Assembly (NCBI GenBank): GCA_903830945.1
Contig: CAIKVT010000024.1
Location: forward strand, 11,804 to 75,803
Length of the DNA stretch: 64,000 nucleotides
Reading direction: 5' to 3'
Source: an uncultured Elusimicrobia bacterium
Lineage (GTDB): Bacteria > Elusimicrobiota > Elusimicrobia > UBA1565 > UBA9628
The stretch's first letter is position 1; each line of letters starts with the position of its first letter. The notes under the pieces are model-generated. The model did not search any database. It was not told the DNA's origin and saw only the letters and a program-made list of their open reading frames with translations. The position numbers and the translations under genes are program-made. This document shows, one piece after another, positions 19,396 to 27,830 of the stretch.

Positions 19396-21643
19396 GTTTA
19401 TAGACGAATGGCTTCTGCGCGCCGTCCAGGACCTCCCCGGGGTGACTCCCACAGTCGTGGCTGCCGCTCGTTCGACCGGAGAACGATATCTGGCCCAAGC
19501 CCTCATAGCCGCCGGCCTGGCTACCCGCGAATCCGTAGCTCGGGCGCTCCAATCCGCCTATCACATAGCCTGGATAGACCTCGAGGCCGCCGCCGTCGAA
19601 AGGACCGCTCTTCCCTTTATTCCTGAAAAACTCTGCCGCCAGCATACCGTCATCCCCGTTTCCGCGGACAACACGGAGATCATCGTCGCCATGGCCAATC
19701 CCCTCGACCAGGATGCCTGGGCGGACATTCAGGCCGCCGCCGGACGCCGGCCGGTCCCGCAGTACTGTGTTCGGGACCGCATCGAGCGCCTGATCACCGA
19801 ATTCTACTCCCCGGACGCCATCATCAGCGACCTGCTGGATCAGTTCCAAGATGACCAGGCGACCGTTGAGATCCTAGAGGGAATGGATCCCGCGGCCGTG
19901 GAGAGCAACGCCAAGGATATCCGGGCGCCCGTCATCCGCCTGGTCAATACCATCATCGTCAAGGCCGTCAAGATGCTGGCCTCGGATATCCACATCGAAC
20001 ATGAAGAGCGCAACAGCGCGGTCCGATTCCGGATCGATGGAGTCCTGTGCCATATCATGACCCTGCCCAAGTCTATCGCGGCCACGGCCGTGGTCGCGCG
20101 CATCAAGATCATGGCGGACCTTGACATCGCCGACCACCGCACTCCCCAGGACGGCCGGGCCAAGCTGCGCGTCGGCGCCGCGGACATCGGGCTGCGGGTC
20201 TCGACCTTGCCCACGAGCTTCGGCGAGAAAGTCGTCATGCGCATCCTGGACAAGCGTTCCGCGGAGGTCCCTTTCGACCAGCTGGGCTTCAAGCCGGAGC
20301 TGGCCGCCAAGGTACAGGCGCTTCTGCAGACAGACAGGGGCATCTTCCTGGTCACCGGGCCCACCGGCTCCGGGAAAACCACGACCCTCTACTCGATCAT
20401 CAACAACCTGCGCTCCGAGGGCACCAACATCGTCACGGTGGAAGACCCCATCGAATACAAGCTCATCGGCATTAATCAGGTGCAGGTCCACGAGAAGGCG
20501 GGGCTCACTTTCGCAAGCGTGCTGCGCTCGGTCCTGCGTCAAGACCCGGACATCATACTGGTCGGGGAGATCCGCGACCGTGAGACCGCGGACATCGCTT
20601 GTCAAGCGGCCCTCACCGGCCACCTGGTCCTGAGCACCCTGCACACCAACGACACCCTTTCAACGATCACGAGGCTCGCGGACATCGGCTTAGAGCGCTT
20701 CAAGATCGCGCCTGGGCTCATCGCCATCACCGCGCAGAGGCTTGTCCGGAAACTCTGCCCCGCTTGCCGCGTGCCGGACCGGAGACCACACCATCCGAAA
20801 GCGAGCGAGCTCCTCAGGAGTCAAGGGCTAACCGACACCTATTTTGCGCCCAAAGGCTGCGCAGCCTGCGGAAATTCCGGTTTCAAAGGACGGATCGCTA
20901 TCCTAGAACTCCTTACGGTGGATGCCGCGCTCAAGGATTTAATCACCTCCGGAGCCGGGGATGCCGCCCTGCGCCAGGCCGCGCTGACCTCGGGATCCCT
21001 CTATCCCTTAGCCGCGGATGCGGCATGGCACCTCTTTAACGGGGACGTATCGTTCGATGAGATATTGCCTTATCTTTCCCTTCCAGAAGTCCAGCCCGCC
21101 GCATCTGCCGTAATCGACCAGGATTTTCCAGCGGCGCCCGCAGCCCTCCCCACCCCGCCGACTCCGATAAAGGTCAAGCCGCGCATCCTAGTGGCCGATG
21201 ACGAGAACGGCCTGCGCATGCTCACCCGCAAGGTCCTCGAATCGAACGGCTGTGAAGTGGAAGAGGCCGCGGACGGCCAGGAAGCCATGGCGCGTCTCAA
21301 GTCGCAGACCCCGGACCTGCTGCTCCTGGACCTCCACATGCCCCGTCTTGACGGCTATGGCGTCCTACGCGCGCTGCGCCAGACTATCGGTCTGACCGGG
21401 CTGCCGGTCATCATTTTATCGAGCATGTCCAACGCGAGCAGCCAGGAAGAAGCCTTTACTTGCGGGGCTGACGATTACATCATCAAGCCTTTCGATCCGG
21501 TCCTGCTGATGGCCCGCATCCATGCCGTCCTGCGACGCCAAGAACTGACCGCGCCCCAGATTGCTGCGAGGTCTAAAGTGGTGGACGTGACAGGGATCGA
21601 ACCTGCGACCTCTTCCTTGCGAAGGAAGCGCTCTCCCAGCTGA
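19379..21643 (+). CDS. PilB/GspE-family assembly ATPase fused to a C-terminal receiver domain
   Basis: Degenerate MshEN-like N-terminus, ASDIHIE, GPTGSGKT, VEDPIEY, LRQDPD..GEIRD, TGHLVLSTLHTND, CPAC/CAAC Zn motif, then REC (ILVADD, LLDLHMP, DDYIIKPF). Confidence 0.92.
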   Translation: MPDQHKFIDEWLLRAVQDLPGVTPTVVAAARSTGERYLAQALIAAGLATRESVARALQSAYHIAWIDLEAAAVERTALPFIPEKLCRQHTVIPVSADNTEIIVAMANPLDQDAWADIQAAAGRRPVPQYCVRDRIERLITEFYSPDAIISDLLDQFQDDQATVEILEGMDPAAVESNAKDIRAPVIRLVNTIIVKAVKMLASDIHIEHEERNSAVRFRIDGVLCHIMTLPKSIAATAVVARIKIMADLDIADHRTPQDGRAKLRVGAADIGLRVSTLPTSFGEKVVMRILDKRSAEVPFDQLGFKPELAAKVQALLQTDRGIFLVTGPTGSGKTTTLYSIINNLRSEGTNIVTVEDPIEYKLIGINQVQVHEKAGLTFASVLRSVLRQDPDIILVGEIRDRETADIACQAALTGHLVLSTLHTNDTLSTITRLADIGLERFKIAPGLIAITAQRLVRKLCPACRVPDRRPHHPKASELLRSQGLTDTYFAPKGCAACGNSGFKGRIAILELLTVDAALKDLITSGAGDAALRQAALTSGSLYPLAADAAWHLFNGDVSFDEILPYLSLPEVQPAASAVIDQDFPAAPAALPTPPTPIKVKPRILVADDENGLRMLTRKVLESNGCEVEEAADGQEAMARLKSQTPDLLLLDLHMPRLDGYGVLRALRQTIGLTGLPVIILSSMSNASSQEEAFTCGADDYIIKPFDPVLLMARIHAVLRRQELTAPQIAARSKVVDVTGIEPATSSLRRKRSPS

Positions 21644-21654
21644 GCTACACGCCC
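21579..21654 (-). tRNA. tRNA-Ala (anticodon CGC), CCA encoded
   Basis: Reverse complement GGGCGTGTAGCTCAGCTGGGAGAGCGCTTCCTT-CGC-AAGGAAGAGGTCGCAGGTTCGATCCCTGTCACGTCCACCA; 76 nt; G3:U70 Ala identity pair. Confidence 0.97.
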
Positions 21655-21708
21655 GGATATCGGCAACGCCGCGCCCGACCGACCGGCACCCGCTGCTGCG
21701 ATGATGTG

Positions 21709-21737
21709 ATTATACTACAATCTAAGACTTGCCTGAA
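21709..21737 (-). promoter_or_regulatory. Putative tRNA-Ala promoter
   Basis: Minus strand TTCAGG-N17-TATAAT about 55 nt upstream of the tRNA. Confidence 0.55.
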
Positions 21738-22729
21738 CGCAGTCTCTTCTTCTCCTCCCGCAGACCACGCTTATAGGCCAGCTTAGCCTTAAGGTGCTCC
21801 TCCTGCGTGAGAAAGAATTTGTGTCCGCCGGTCAAATCAGCCACAAAAAACAGCGCGTCGCTCAAAGCGGGACGCAGGACCGCGCGGAAGGCGCCCAGGC
21901 CCGGGTTGCAGATGGGGCCAGGAGGCAGCCCGTAATGCACGTAGGTGTTGTAAGGGGAAGGGTTCTGCAAGTCCTCCGAGGTCAGACCCTTCTTCCAATA
22001 GCCCAGGGCGTACTGGACCGTGGGATCGGCTTGCAGGCGCATACGGATGCGCATGCGATTGAGATAGACCGCGGCGACCATGGGCTGCTCGCTGGGCAGC
22101 ACCGCCTCGCGTTCCACAATAGAGGCCAAGGTCACGGCCTGATGCAAAGTCAGGCGCGGTTTAGACTCGGCGCGCGTAAACTCCTGGGCCAGCCGCCGGT
22201 CGAATTCAACGTGCATGCGCTGCGCCACGCGAGAGGAATCCGTGCCAGGCTCAAAAGAATAAGTGGTGGGAAAGAGATAACCTTCCAGACGGTCGTTGGC
22301 GGCGATGCGCAAAAAGTCAGCGGCCGAACCTAACCCCGTTTTCTCCAGACGCTCGGCGATCTGCCGCGCGGTCCAGCCCTCGGGGATCACGACCTTGACG
22401 CCGCCCGAACCCGCCGCCAAAGCCGACAGCAGGCGTCCAGGGAGCATCCGGCGCCTGAGACGATAGGCGCCGGGCTTGAGCCGTCGCCCCAGGCCGTAAG
22501 CCCGCGCCACGACGCGAAACATCAGAGCGCTGCGCACCACCCCTTTATCCTTGAGCACGGCCGCGGTCTGGCGCGCCGACTGCCCCACCGGGATGACCAC
22601 CTCGACTTCCTCTCCCGGCCAGAACAACCAGCCCATGCCCAGAACCGTCGCGACCAAAAGCAGCGCCAGCGTCCTGAGCGCGGCGGAGCGATGGCCCTGA
22701 GAGCCCTCAGGAAATGCTTTGGCTGTCAT
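21722..22729 (-). CDS. mltG: Endolytic transglycosylase MltG
   Basis: N-terminal TM, IPEG, LEGYLFPTTY, LASIVERE, LQADPTVQY, SPYNTY..GLPPGPI.NPG. Confidence 0.95.
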   Translation of the reverse strand: MTAKAFPEGSQGHRSAALRTLALLLVATVLGMGWLFWPGEEVEVVIPVGQSARQTAAVLKDKGVVRSALMFRVVARAYGLGRRLKPGAYRLRRRMLPGRLLSALAAGSGGVKVVIPEGWTARQIAERLEKTGLGSAADFLRIAANDRLEGYLFPTTYSFEPGTDSSRVAQRMHVEFDRRLAQEFTRAESKPRLTLHQAVTLASIVEREAVLPSEQPMVAAVYLNRMRIRMRLQADPTVQYALGYWKKGLTSEDLQNPSPYNTYVHYGLPPGPICNPGLGAFRAVLRPALSDALFFVADLTGGHKFFLTQEEHLKAKLAYKRGLREEKKRLRSGKS

Positions 22730-22756
22730 GGGCTGACTGGCGTGGTGATGGACAAA

Positions 22757-23641
22757 TCAGCTCCCCGGATGGCGCAGCTTTTCCCGGATGGCCCTCTTGC
22801 GTCTCTCCATCTTCTCCTGATCCGGCCGCAGGCCCATCCCCCGATTGCCATTTCTCCCATGCCTCGTCTGCTGCTCCTGCCTCTGCATCTTCTGGAATCT
22901 CTGCGCGCGCGCCAGCTTCAGCCTCTGCAACATCTCGCGGCGCCGAGCGCTGCGCTGCTCGAAACCCAGGGCGCGCCAATCCCTACGCACGGCCTGTACC
23001 CGCTTGCGCAAAGCCCTCATGAACTGACGCTGGCGCGCAAAACGCCTGAGCTGATAGGCCGACATGGGCCGCCCCCCACGCAGCACGCTCGTCTCCTGGT
23101 TCGCCTTGAGCAGTTCCGGCTGGCCCGTCTGACCCGAGACCGCCACCCGACCCTCATCGAAGACGCCCACGTGCGTCTGGTCAGGATGCGCGACGTCCAC
23201 CTCGACACCGAACTCGGTACCGCGCACCGCGGCCACGGCCGCCGGCGTAACGATCCGGAAGTCGCCGCCGGTCATCAAAGTCTGGACCTTGGCCAGAAGG
23301 CTCCCAAGGGCCAGCGTCAGCACGCAGCCGCTCCGCTTGACCGAAGTGATGGTGAATTCGGAGTCAGCGCGCAGGCAGACGCAATGCTCGCCGGAGAGGG
23401 TGACCTCGGCGCTGGCGTCGGCGGCGGTCTTTATCCGGTCGCCCGCGACCAGAGGCATGTCCTTGTCACCCGGCACTCCGTCGGGCTCCTCAACTGTAAA
23501 TACCGTGACCTCGCCTTTGACCTCGGTGAGCCGGGCCTCGTATTCCCCATCGGCCGGTTCGTGCGCCTGAACCGGGATCCAGGACCAGGCGCCGACCAAC
23601 AAAGCCGTGAAAATGAAAATCTGCGATACCCTAGTGATCAT
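22757..23641 (-). CDS. Secreted FecR-domain protein with a basic, charged C-terminal tail
   Basis: Signal peptide, GDRIKT, TPAAVAAVRGTEFGV, GRVAV. Start at 23641 lies 7 nt after TATAAT. Confidence 0.82.
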   Translation of the reverse strand: MITRVSQIFIFTALLVGAWSWIPVQAHEPADGEYEARLTEVKGEVTVFTVEEPDGVPGDKDMPLVAGDRIKTAADASAEVTLSGEHCVCLRADSEFTITSVKRSGCVLTLALGSLLAKVQTLMTGGDFRIVTPAAVAAVRGTEFGVEVDVAHPDQTHVGVFDEGRVAVSGQTGQPELLKANQETSVLRGGRPMSAYQLRRFARQRQFMRALRKRVQAVRRDWRALGFEQRSARRREMLQRLKLARAQRFQKMQRQEQQTRHGRNGNRGMGLRPDQEKMERRKRAIREKLRHPGS

Positions 23642-23674
23642 CCGCATCATTATAATAACTTTACGAAAGAGATT

Positions 23675-25699
23675 TCAGAACAAGTCGTACGGGTCCACAT
23701 TGACCTGCAGCCGCAAAGACTTTGGGCACGACCACTCCTGCACGCGGGCCAGCACGGCATCGAGAGCGCGTTCGGGGTCGGCCACCTTCACCAAGGCATG
23801 ATAGCGGAATCGTCCCCCGGCCTTGGGCAGGACCGCGGCGGCCGGGCCCACCACCTCATGGCCGCAGGGGGAGAGCGCCTCGCGCAGCGTCTCTACGGCG
23901 CTCGTCGCCGCGGCCGCCAGAGCCGCCTCGTCCTTGCCGGACCAGACCAGCCGCACCAGACCGCTAAAAGGCGGATAGCCCAACTCGCGGCGCAGCACCA
24001 GTTCTTGCTCAGCGAACGCCGCGTAATCTCCCTGAAGCGCGCCACGCACCGCGATATGCTCAGGCTGCAAGGTCTGCAGGACCACCTCGCCGGCCTTGTC
24101 CGCCCGGCCCGAGCGCCCCGCGACCTGGGCCAGGATCTGCATGGTCCGCTCCGAGGATCGGAAATCCGGCATATGCAGCATGGTGTCCGCGTCCACCACG
24201 CCTACCAGCGTCACCTGCGGGAAGTGGAAGCTCTTGGCCACGAGCTTGGTCCCCACGAGAATGTCGGCCTCGCCGCGGCGAAACGTGTCGTAGAGTGTGC
24301 GGTCGCCATCGCGCGCGGATAAAGTATCACGATCCATGCGCAGCACGCGGGCAGCCGGGACGAACCGGCGCAGTTCGGCCACCACCTTTTGCGTCCCCGT
24401 GCCCATCACGCGCAGGCTGGGGTTGGCGCATCGCGGGCAGTGCGCGGGCAATGGGCTCTGACGAGTACAGTGGTGGCAGCGCAGCACGAAGCCGGCGGGC
24501 ATGGGCCCGCCGTCCCCGGAGGGGACTGGGAGTTCGTGCTGGATCTTAGCCACTCCGCAGGACGCGCAGCGGTCCACCCAGCCGCACTTGCAGCACATCA
24601 CCACGGTCGCATAGCCCCGCCGGTTGACCAGGAGGATGGTCTGCTCGCGACGGGCGAGCCGGTCTTGGATCTTGGCCAAGAGCTCCGGGGCAATAGCTCG
24701 GCCCGAGGGCAGCGGCAGGAGCGTGACCACGGGCTTGGCCGCGTTGGAGACGCGCTGCGGCATATCCACGAGCTGGACCTCTCCCCGCTTGACCGCCTGC
24801 CAGCTCTCCAAGGACGGCGTAGCCGAACCCAGGACGGTCACCGCGCCGCAAGCGCGCGCCCGGTGCAGCGCCACGTCGCGCGCGTGGTAGAGGGGGGACT
24901 GCCCCTCCTGCTTGAAGGACTCGTCCTGCTCCTCGTCGAGGACCGCCAGGCGCAGGTCGCAGAAAGGCAGCAGCGCCGCCGAACGCGCGCCCACCACCAC
25001 GCGCACGACCCCGCGCCGGATAGCGAGCCAGGAGTGCCGGCGCTCCCGGTCCTTGAGCCGGCTGTGCCAAAGCACCACCGGGACCTTGAGCGAATCGCAG
25101 AATTCGCCGAAGAAGGGGCCGGTCAAAGAGATCTCCGGAACCAGGAAGAGCGCCTGGCCTCCAGCGTCGACCACCTGGCGGATAAGACGCAGGTAGACCT
25201 CGGTCTTGCCCGAGGCCGGCACGCCGTAGAGAAGGAATGCAGCCGGATGTCGCTGCCTGAGAGCCTGGGAGATGGTGTCCAGCGCCTGAGCCTGCCCCGA
25301 AGTGAGTTCCCACGGCGGGCAAGGGCCCGCCGTCCCCGAAGGACAGGCGTTCTCCTTTCCCGGAGGAGGGGCAGGGATGGGTTCCTCGGAGGATTTCAGG
25401 AAGGCAGGCAGCACGGCCTTGACGCATTCGCCGATAGGAGCGCCGTAGCGTCGAGACATCCAAATGGCGCAGTCCAGAAGCTCCTCTGAAAGGACCGGTT
25501 CCCGATCCAGGACGCCAGCGACGGGTTTGAGCTTGTACGGAGAATCCCCGTCGAAGACGGAGAGCACGGTCCCGGTGCGCAGCCAGGCGCCGAACTCCAC
25601 GCGGACACGCATCCCCGGCCGCACGTCCAGGCCGGAGGGCACCTGGTAATGGAAGCCCTTGCGAAGCGGCACGGGGAAGGCGACGTCGGCGATACGCAT
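23675..25699 (-). CDS. priA: Primosomal protein N'
   Basis: GVPASGKTEVY, LVPEISL, GARSA, DEEQD.SFKQ, GSATPS, NRRGY, two Zn fingers, QVAGRSGR. Confidence 0.95.
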   Translation of the reverse strand: MRIADVAFPVPLRKGFHYQVPSGLDVRPGMRVRVEFGAWLRTGTVLSVFDGDSPYKLKPVAGVLDREPVLSEELLDCAIWMSRRYGAPIGECVKAVLPAFLKSSEEPIPAPPPGKENACPSGTAGPCPPWELTSGQAQALDTISQALRQRHPAAFLLYGVPASGKTEVYLRLIRQVVDAGGQALFLVPEISLTGPFFGEFCDSLKVPVVLWHSRLKDRERRHSWLAIRRGVVRVVVGARSAALLPFCDLRLAVLDEEQDESFKQEGQSPLYHARDVALHRARACGAVTVLGSATPSLESWQAVKRGEVQLVDMPQRVSNAAKPVVTLLPLPSGRAIAPELLAKIQDRLARREQTILLVNRRGYATVVMCCKCGWVDRCASCGVAKIQHELPVPSGDGGPMPAGFVLRCHHCTRQSPLPAHCPRCANPSLRVMGTGTQKVVAELRRFVPAARVLRMDRDTLSARDGDRTLYDTFRRGEADILVGTKLVAKSFHFPQVTLVGVVDADTMLHMPDFRSSERTMQILAQVAGRSGRADKAGEVVLQTLQPEHIAVRGALQGDYAAFAEQELVLRRELGYPPFSGLVRLVWSGKDEAALAAAATSAVETLREALSPCGHEVVGPAAAVLPKAGGRFRYHALVKVADPERALDAVLARVQEWSCPKSLRLQVNVDPYDLF

Positions 25700-25700
25700 C

Positions 25701-26429
25701 TCAGGCGCGGGGTCCGCCCTCCAACTCATCCCTGAGAGCCTTCATGTCCTGCCAGACGAGCTTCTTGAGCTCGGGATCTCGCAGGAGGGCGGCCGGATGA
25801 TAGGTAGGCATCACCTGGACCGCCAGGTCCCCGTCGCGGTACTCGCCCCACAGGCCGCGCAGCCGGCCGATGGGCGCCTCGCTGCCCAGCAAGGTGCGAG
25901 CGGCCGCCTCTCCCAAGGCCACGATACAACGGGGGGCGAGTATGCGAATCTGCTCGACGAGGTATGGCCGGCAGGCCGACATCTCCTCGGAAGTAGGCAG
26001 CCGGTCGTTGCCGTGCGCCTCGGGCTGGTCAGGGTCCCCCATGGGACGGCACTTGACGATGTCGGCAATGAAGACCGCGCGGCGGGAGAGCCCGATGGCG
26101 GCGAGGATACGGTCAAGAAGCTCCCCGGCCGGACCCACGATAGGCTCGCCGCAGCGGTCATCTTCGAATCCCGGCCACTCTCCCACGAAGAGCACCCCAG
26201 CCTCGGGCGAGCCCGCCCCGGGGACCGCCCGCATCCGCGCGCAGCCCAAAGGGCAGCGCCGGCAAGAGCGCACGGCCTTGGCGACAGCTTCCAGGCGGGA
26301 CTGAGCGTCGGCCGCCCCCGGCGAAGCGATAGCGACACCCTCCCGCGGGCGCAGGCCCCAACAGCAACGGGGAGACTGCTCGACGCGCCGGCGCAACCGC
26401 CGGGTCAGTCCCAACAGTTCGTCAGCCAA
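25701..26429 (-). CDS. Family-4 uracil-DNA glycosylase-like Fe-S protein with atypical active-site residues
   Basis: CRRCPL, VGEWPG, VKCRP, ACRPYL, TYHPAALLR. Confidence 0.88.
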   Translation of the reverse strand: MADELLGLTRRLRRRVEQSPRCCWGLRPREGVAIASPGAADAQSRLEAVAKAVRSCRRCPLGCARMRAVPGAGSPEAGVLFVGEWPGFEDDRCGEPIVGPAGELLDRILAAIGLSRRAVFIADIVKCRPMGDPDQPEAHGNDRLPTSEEMSACRPYLVEQIRILAPRCIVALGEAAARTLLGSEAPIGRLRGLWGEYRDGDLAVQVMPTYHPAALLRDPELKKLVWQDMKALRDELEGGPRA

Positions 26430-26453
26430 GGCCCCTCGGCGCGGCAGCCCGTA

Positions 26454-26759
26454 CTAGGCCTTGGACTTCTTAGGACTGCCTTCCACGGCTGACGGTCCCG
26501 CGTCGGCGACAGCCGCAGGCAGCGCGGCGACAGCCTTACGCGCGTTCTTCCAGTCCACGACGCCGCTGAGCACGTCGTGCAGGGCCTTCTCCAGGACCTC
26601 CATGGCGGTCAGGTGGCGGTTCTCCTCCCGGCGGTGCAGCTCCTTGGCCCAGAACGCCGCCAAGGGGATGGCCGAGTACTTGTCCAACTTATAATCGAGG
26701 ATCAACTCCTCGACGGACTTATCCGCTTGCGGCTGGGACTTGGGCTCCTTCTTCGTCAT
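26454..26759 (-). CDS. rpoZ: RNA polymerase omega subunit (divergent)
   Basis: Directly after gmk; DKYSAIPLAAFWAKEL and KALHDVLSG match the omega pattern; SD AGGAGG. Confidence 0.7.
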   Translation of the reverse strand: MTKKEPKSQPQADKSVEELILDYKLDKYSAIPLAAFWAKELHRREENRHLTAMEVLEKALHDVLSGVVDWKNARKAVAALPAAVADAGPSAVEGSPKKSKA

Positions 26760-26768
26760 CAAACCCTC

Positions 26769-27359
26769 CTAGGGCAATCCAAAAAACTCGCGTCGCGAAG
26801 TCTTGATGCTCTCCGCCGTGATGATGCATTCGATCTGACCGACCGCGGCCTCCAGATCATCGTTGACCACGATGTAGTCGTAGCGCTTGGCGGCTTCCAG
26901 CTCCACGTGAGCGTTGGCCAGCCGAGTCGCCGCGGACTGCGCATCCTCGTGCCGGCCGGCTAGGCGTTCTTTGAGCGCCTCCCAAGACGGAGGGAGCAGG
27001 AACACCATGACCGACTCGGGCAGCTTGCGTCGGATAGCGGCCGCGCCCTGCACGTCGATGGCCAGCAGCACCCACCGCCCCTCCTGGATCGAACTCTCGA
27101 TGAAGTGCCGCGGCGTGCCGTAATAGTGGCCGTGCACCATGGCCCACTCCAGGAATTCGTGACTCCGGATACGGCGTTTGAAGTCCTCCTCTCCGAGAAA
27201 CTGGTAGTGCCGGCCCTGCTTCTCCCCAGGCCGGGGCGCCCGCGTGGTGCAGGAGACGGAATAGCGCAGTTCCTTGCGGCGCTGCAGGAGCTTGCGGCAG
27301 ACCGTAGACTTCCCCGTGCCTGAGGGTGCGGAGATGATGACCAAAGCGCCCTTGGGCAT
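26769..27359 (-). CDS. gmk: Guanylate kinase
   Basis: SAPSGTGKST, SCTTRAPRPGE, YYGTP, IDVQGA, VNDDL. Confidence 0.97.
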   Translation of the reverse strand: MPKGALVIISAPSGTGKSTVCRKLLQRRKELRYSVSCTTRAPRPGEKQGRHYQFLGEEDFKRRIRSHEFLEWAMVHGHYYGTPRHFIESSIQEGRWVLLAIDVQGAAAIRRKLPESVMVFLLPPSWEALKERLAGRHEDAQSAATRLANAHVELEAAKRYDYIVVNDDLEAAVGQIECIITAESIKTSRREFFGLP

Positions 27360-27508
27360 GAGCAGAGGATGTTATCACTTTTCCGCACGCGCGTGCAACC
27401 AAAATGGTTTCTCAATGTGTCGGCACATGACGTGCAACGGATTCCCAGATGCCGCCACGCCATCGCGCTCAAGGATATTTTCGGCGCGAAAATGCTAAAC
27501 TGGGCCTC

Positions 27509-27814
27509 ATGGAACAGGAATCCAAACCGGGACAACTCCAAGTGGACATCGACGACGCGACCGCGCGCGGCGTGTACGCCAATCTCGCGCTCATCACCCA
27601 CAGCGAGACCGAGTTCATCCTTGATTTCATCTTCCTCCAGCCACACTCGCCCAAAGCCAAGGTACTCACGCGCCTGGTCTCCTCGCCGGTACACGCCAAA
27701 CGGCTCCTATGGGCGCTCAAGGACAACATCGAAAAGTACGAGGCGAGCTTCGGGGTCATCCCGGCCGGCGAGACCCCGGAGACCGCGCCGCCGCCCTCTG
27801 GAGTCTACCAATAA
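27509..27814 (+). CDS. DUF3467-like small protein
   Basis: GVYANLALITHSETEFILDF, SPVHAKRL..AL..NI..YE..FG.I; preceded by TGcTAAACT-N7-ATG. Confidence 0.82.
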   Translation: MEQESKPGQLQVDIDDATARGVYANLALITHSETEFILDFIFLQPHSPKAKVLTRLVSSPVHAKRLLWALKDNIEKYEASFGVIPAGETPETAPPPSGVYQ

Positions 27815-27830
27815 GGTGAGGCATCGAGCC

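Noticed and set aside
13464-21654. Active integrative element or prophage at tRNA-Ala
   Set aside because: No integrase, transposase or phage genes, and no att duplication of the tRNA 3' end found by eye.
22691-24322. 543-aa plus-strand ORF, and similar long ORFs such as 11102-12295, 24389-25489 and 49847-51154
   Set aside because: Antisense or alternate-frame shadows of well-supported genes; expected at high GC and without recognisable motifs.
27369-27830. Long N-terminal extension of cinA
   Set aside because: It overlaps the DUF3467 gene; CinA homology and an SD support the TTG at 27831.
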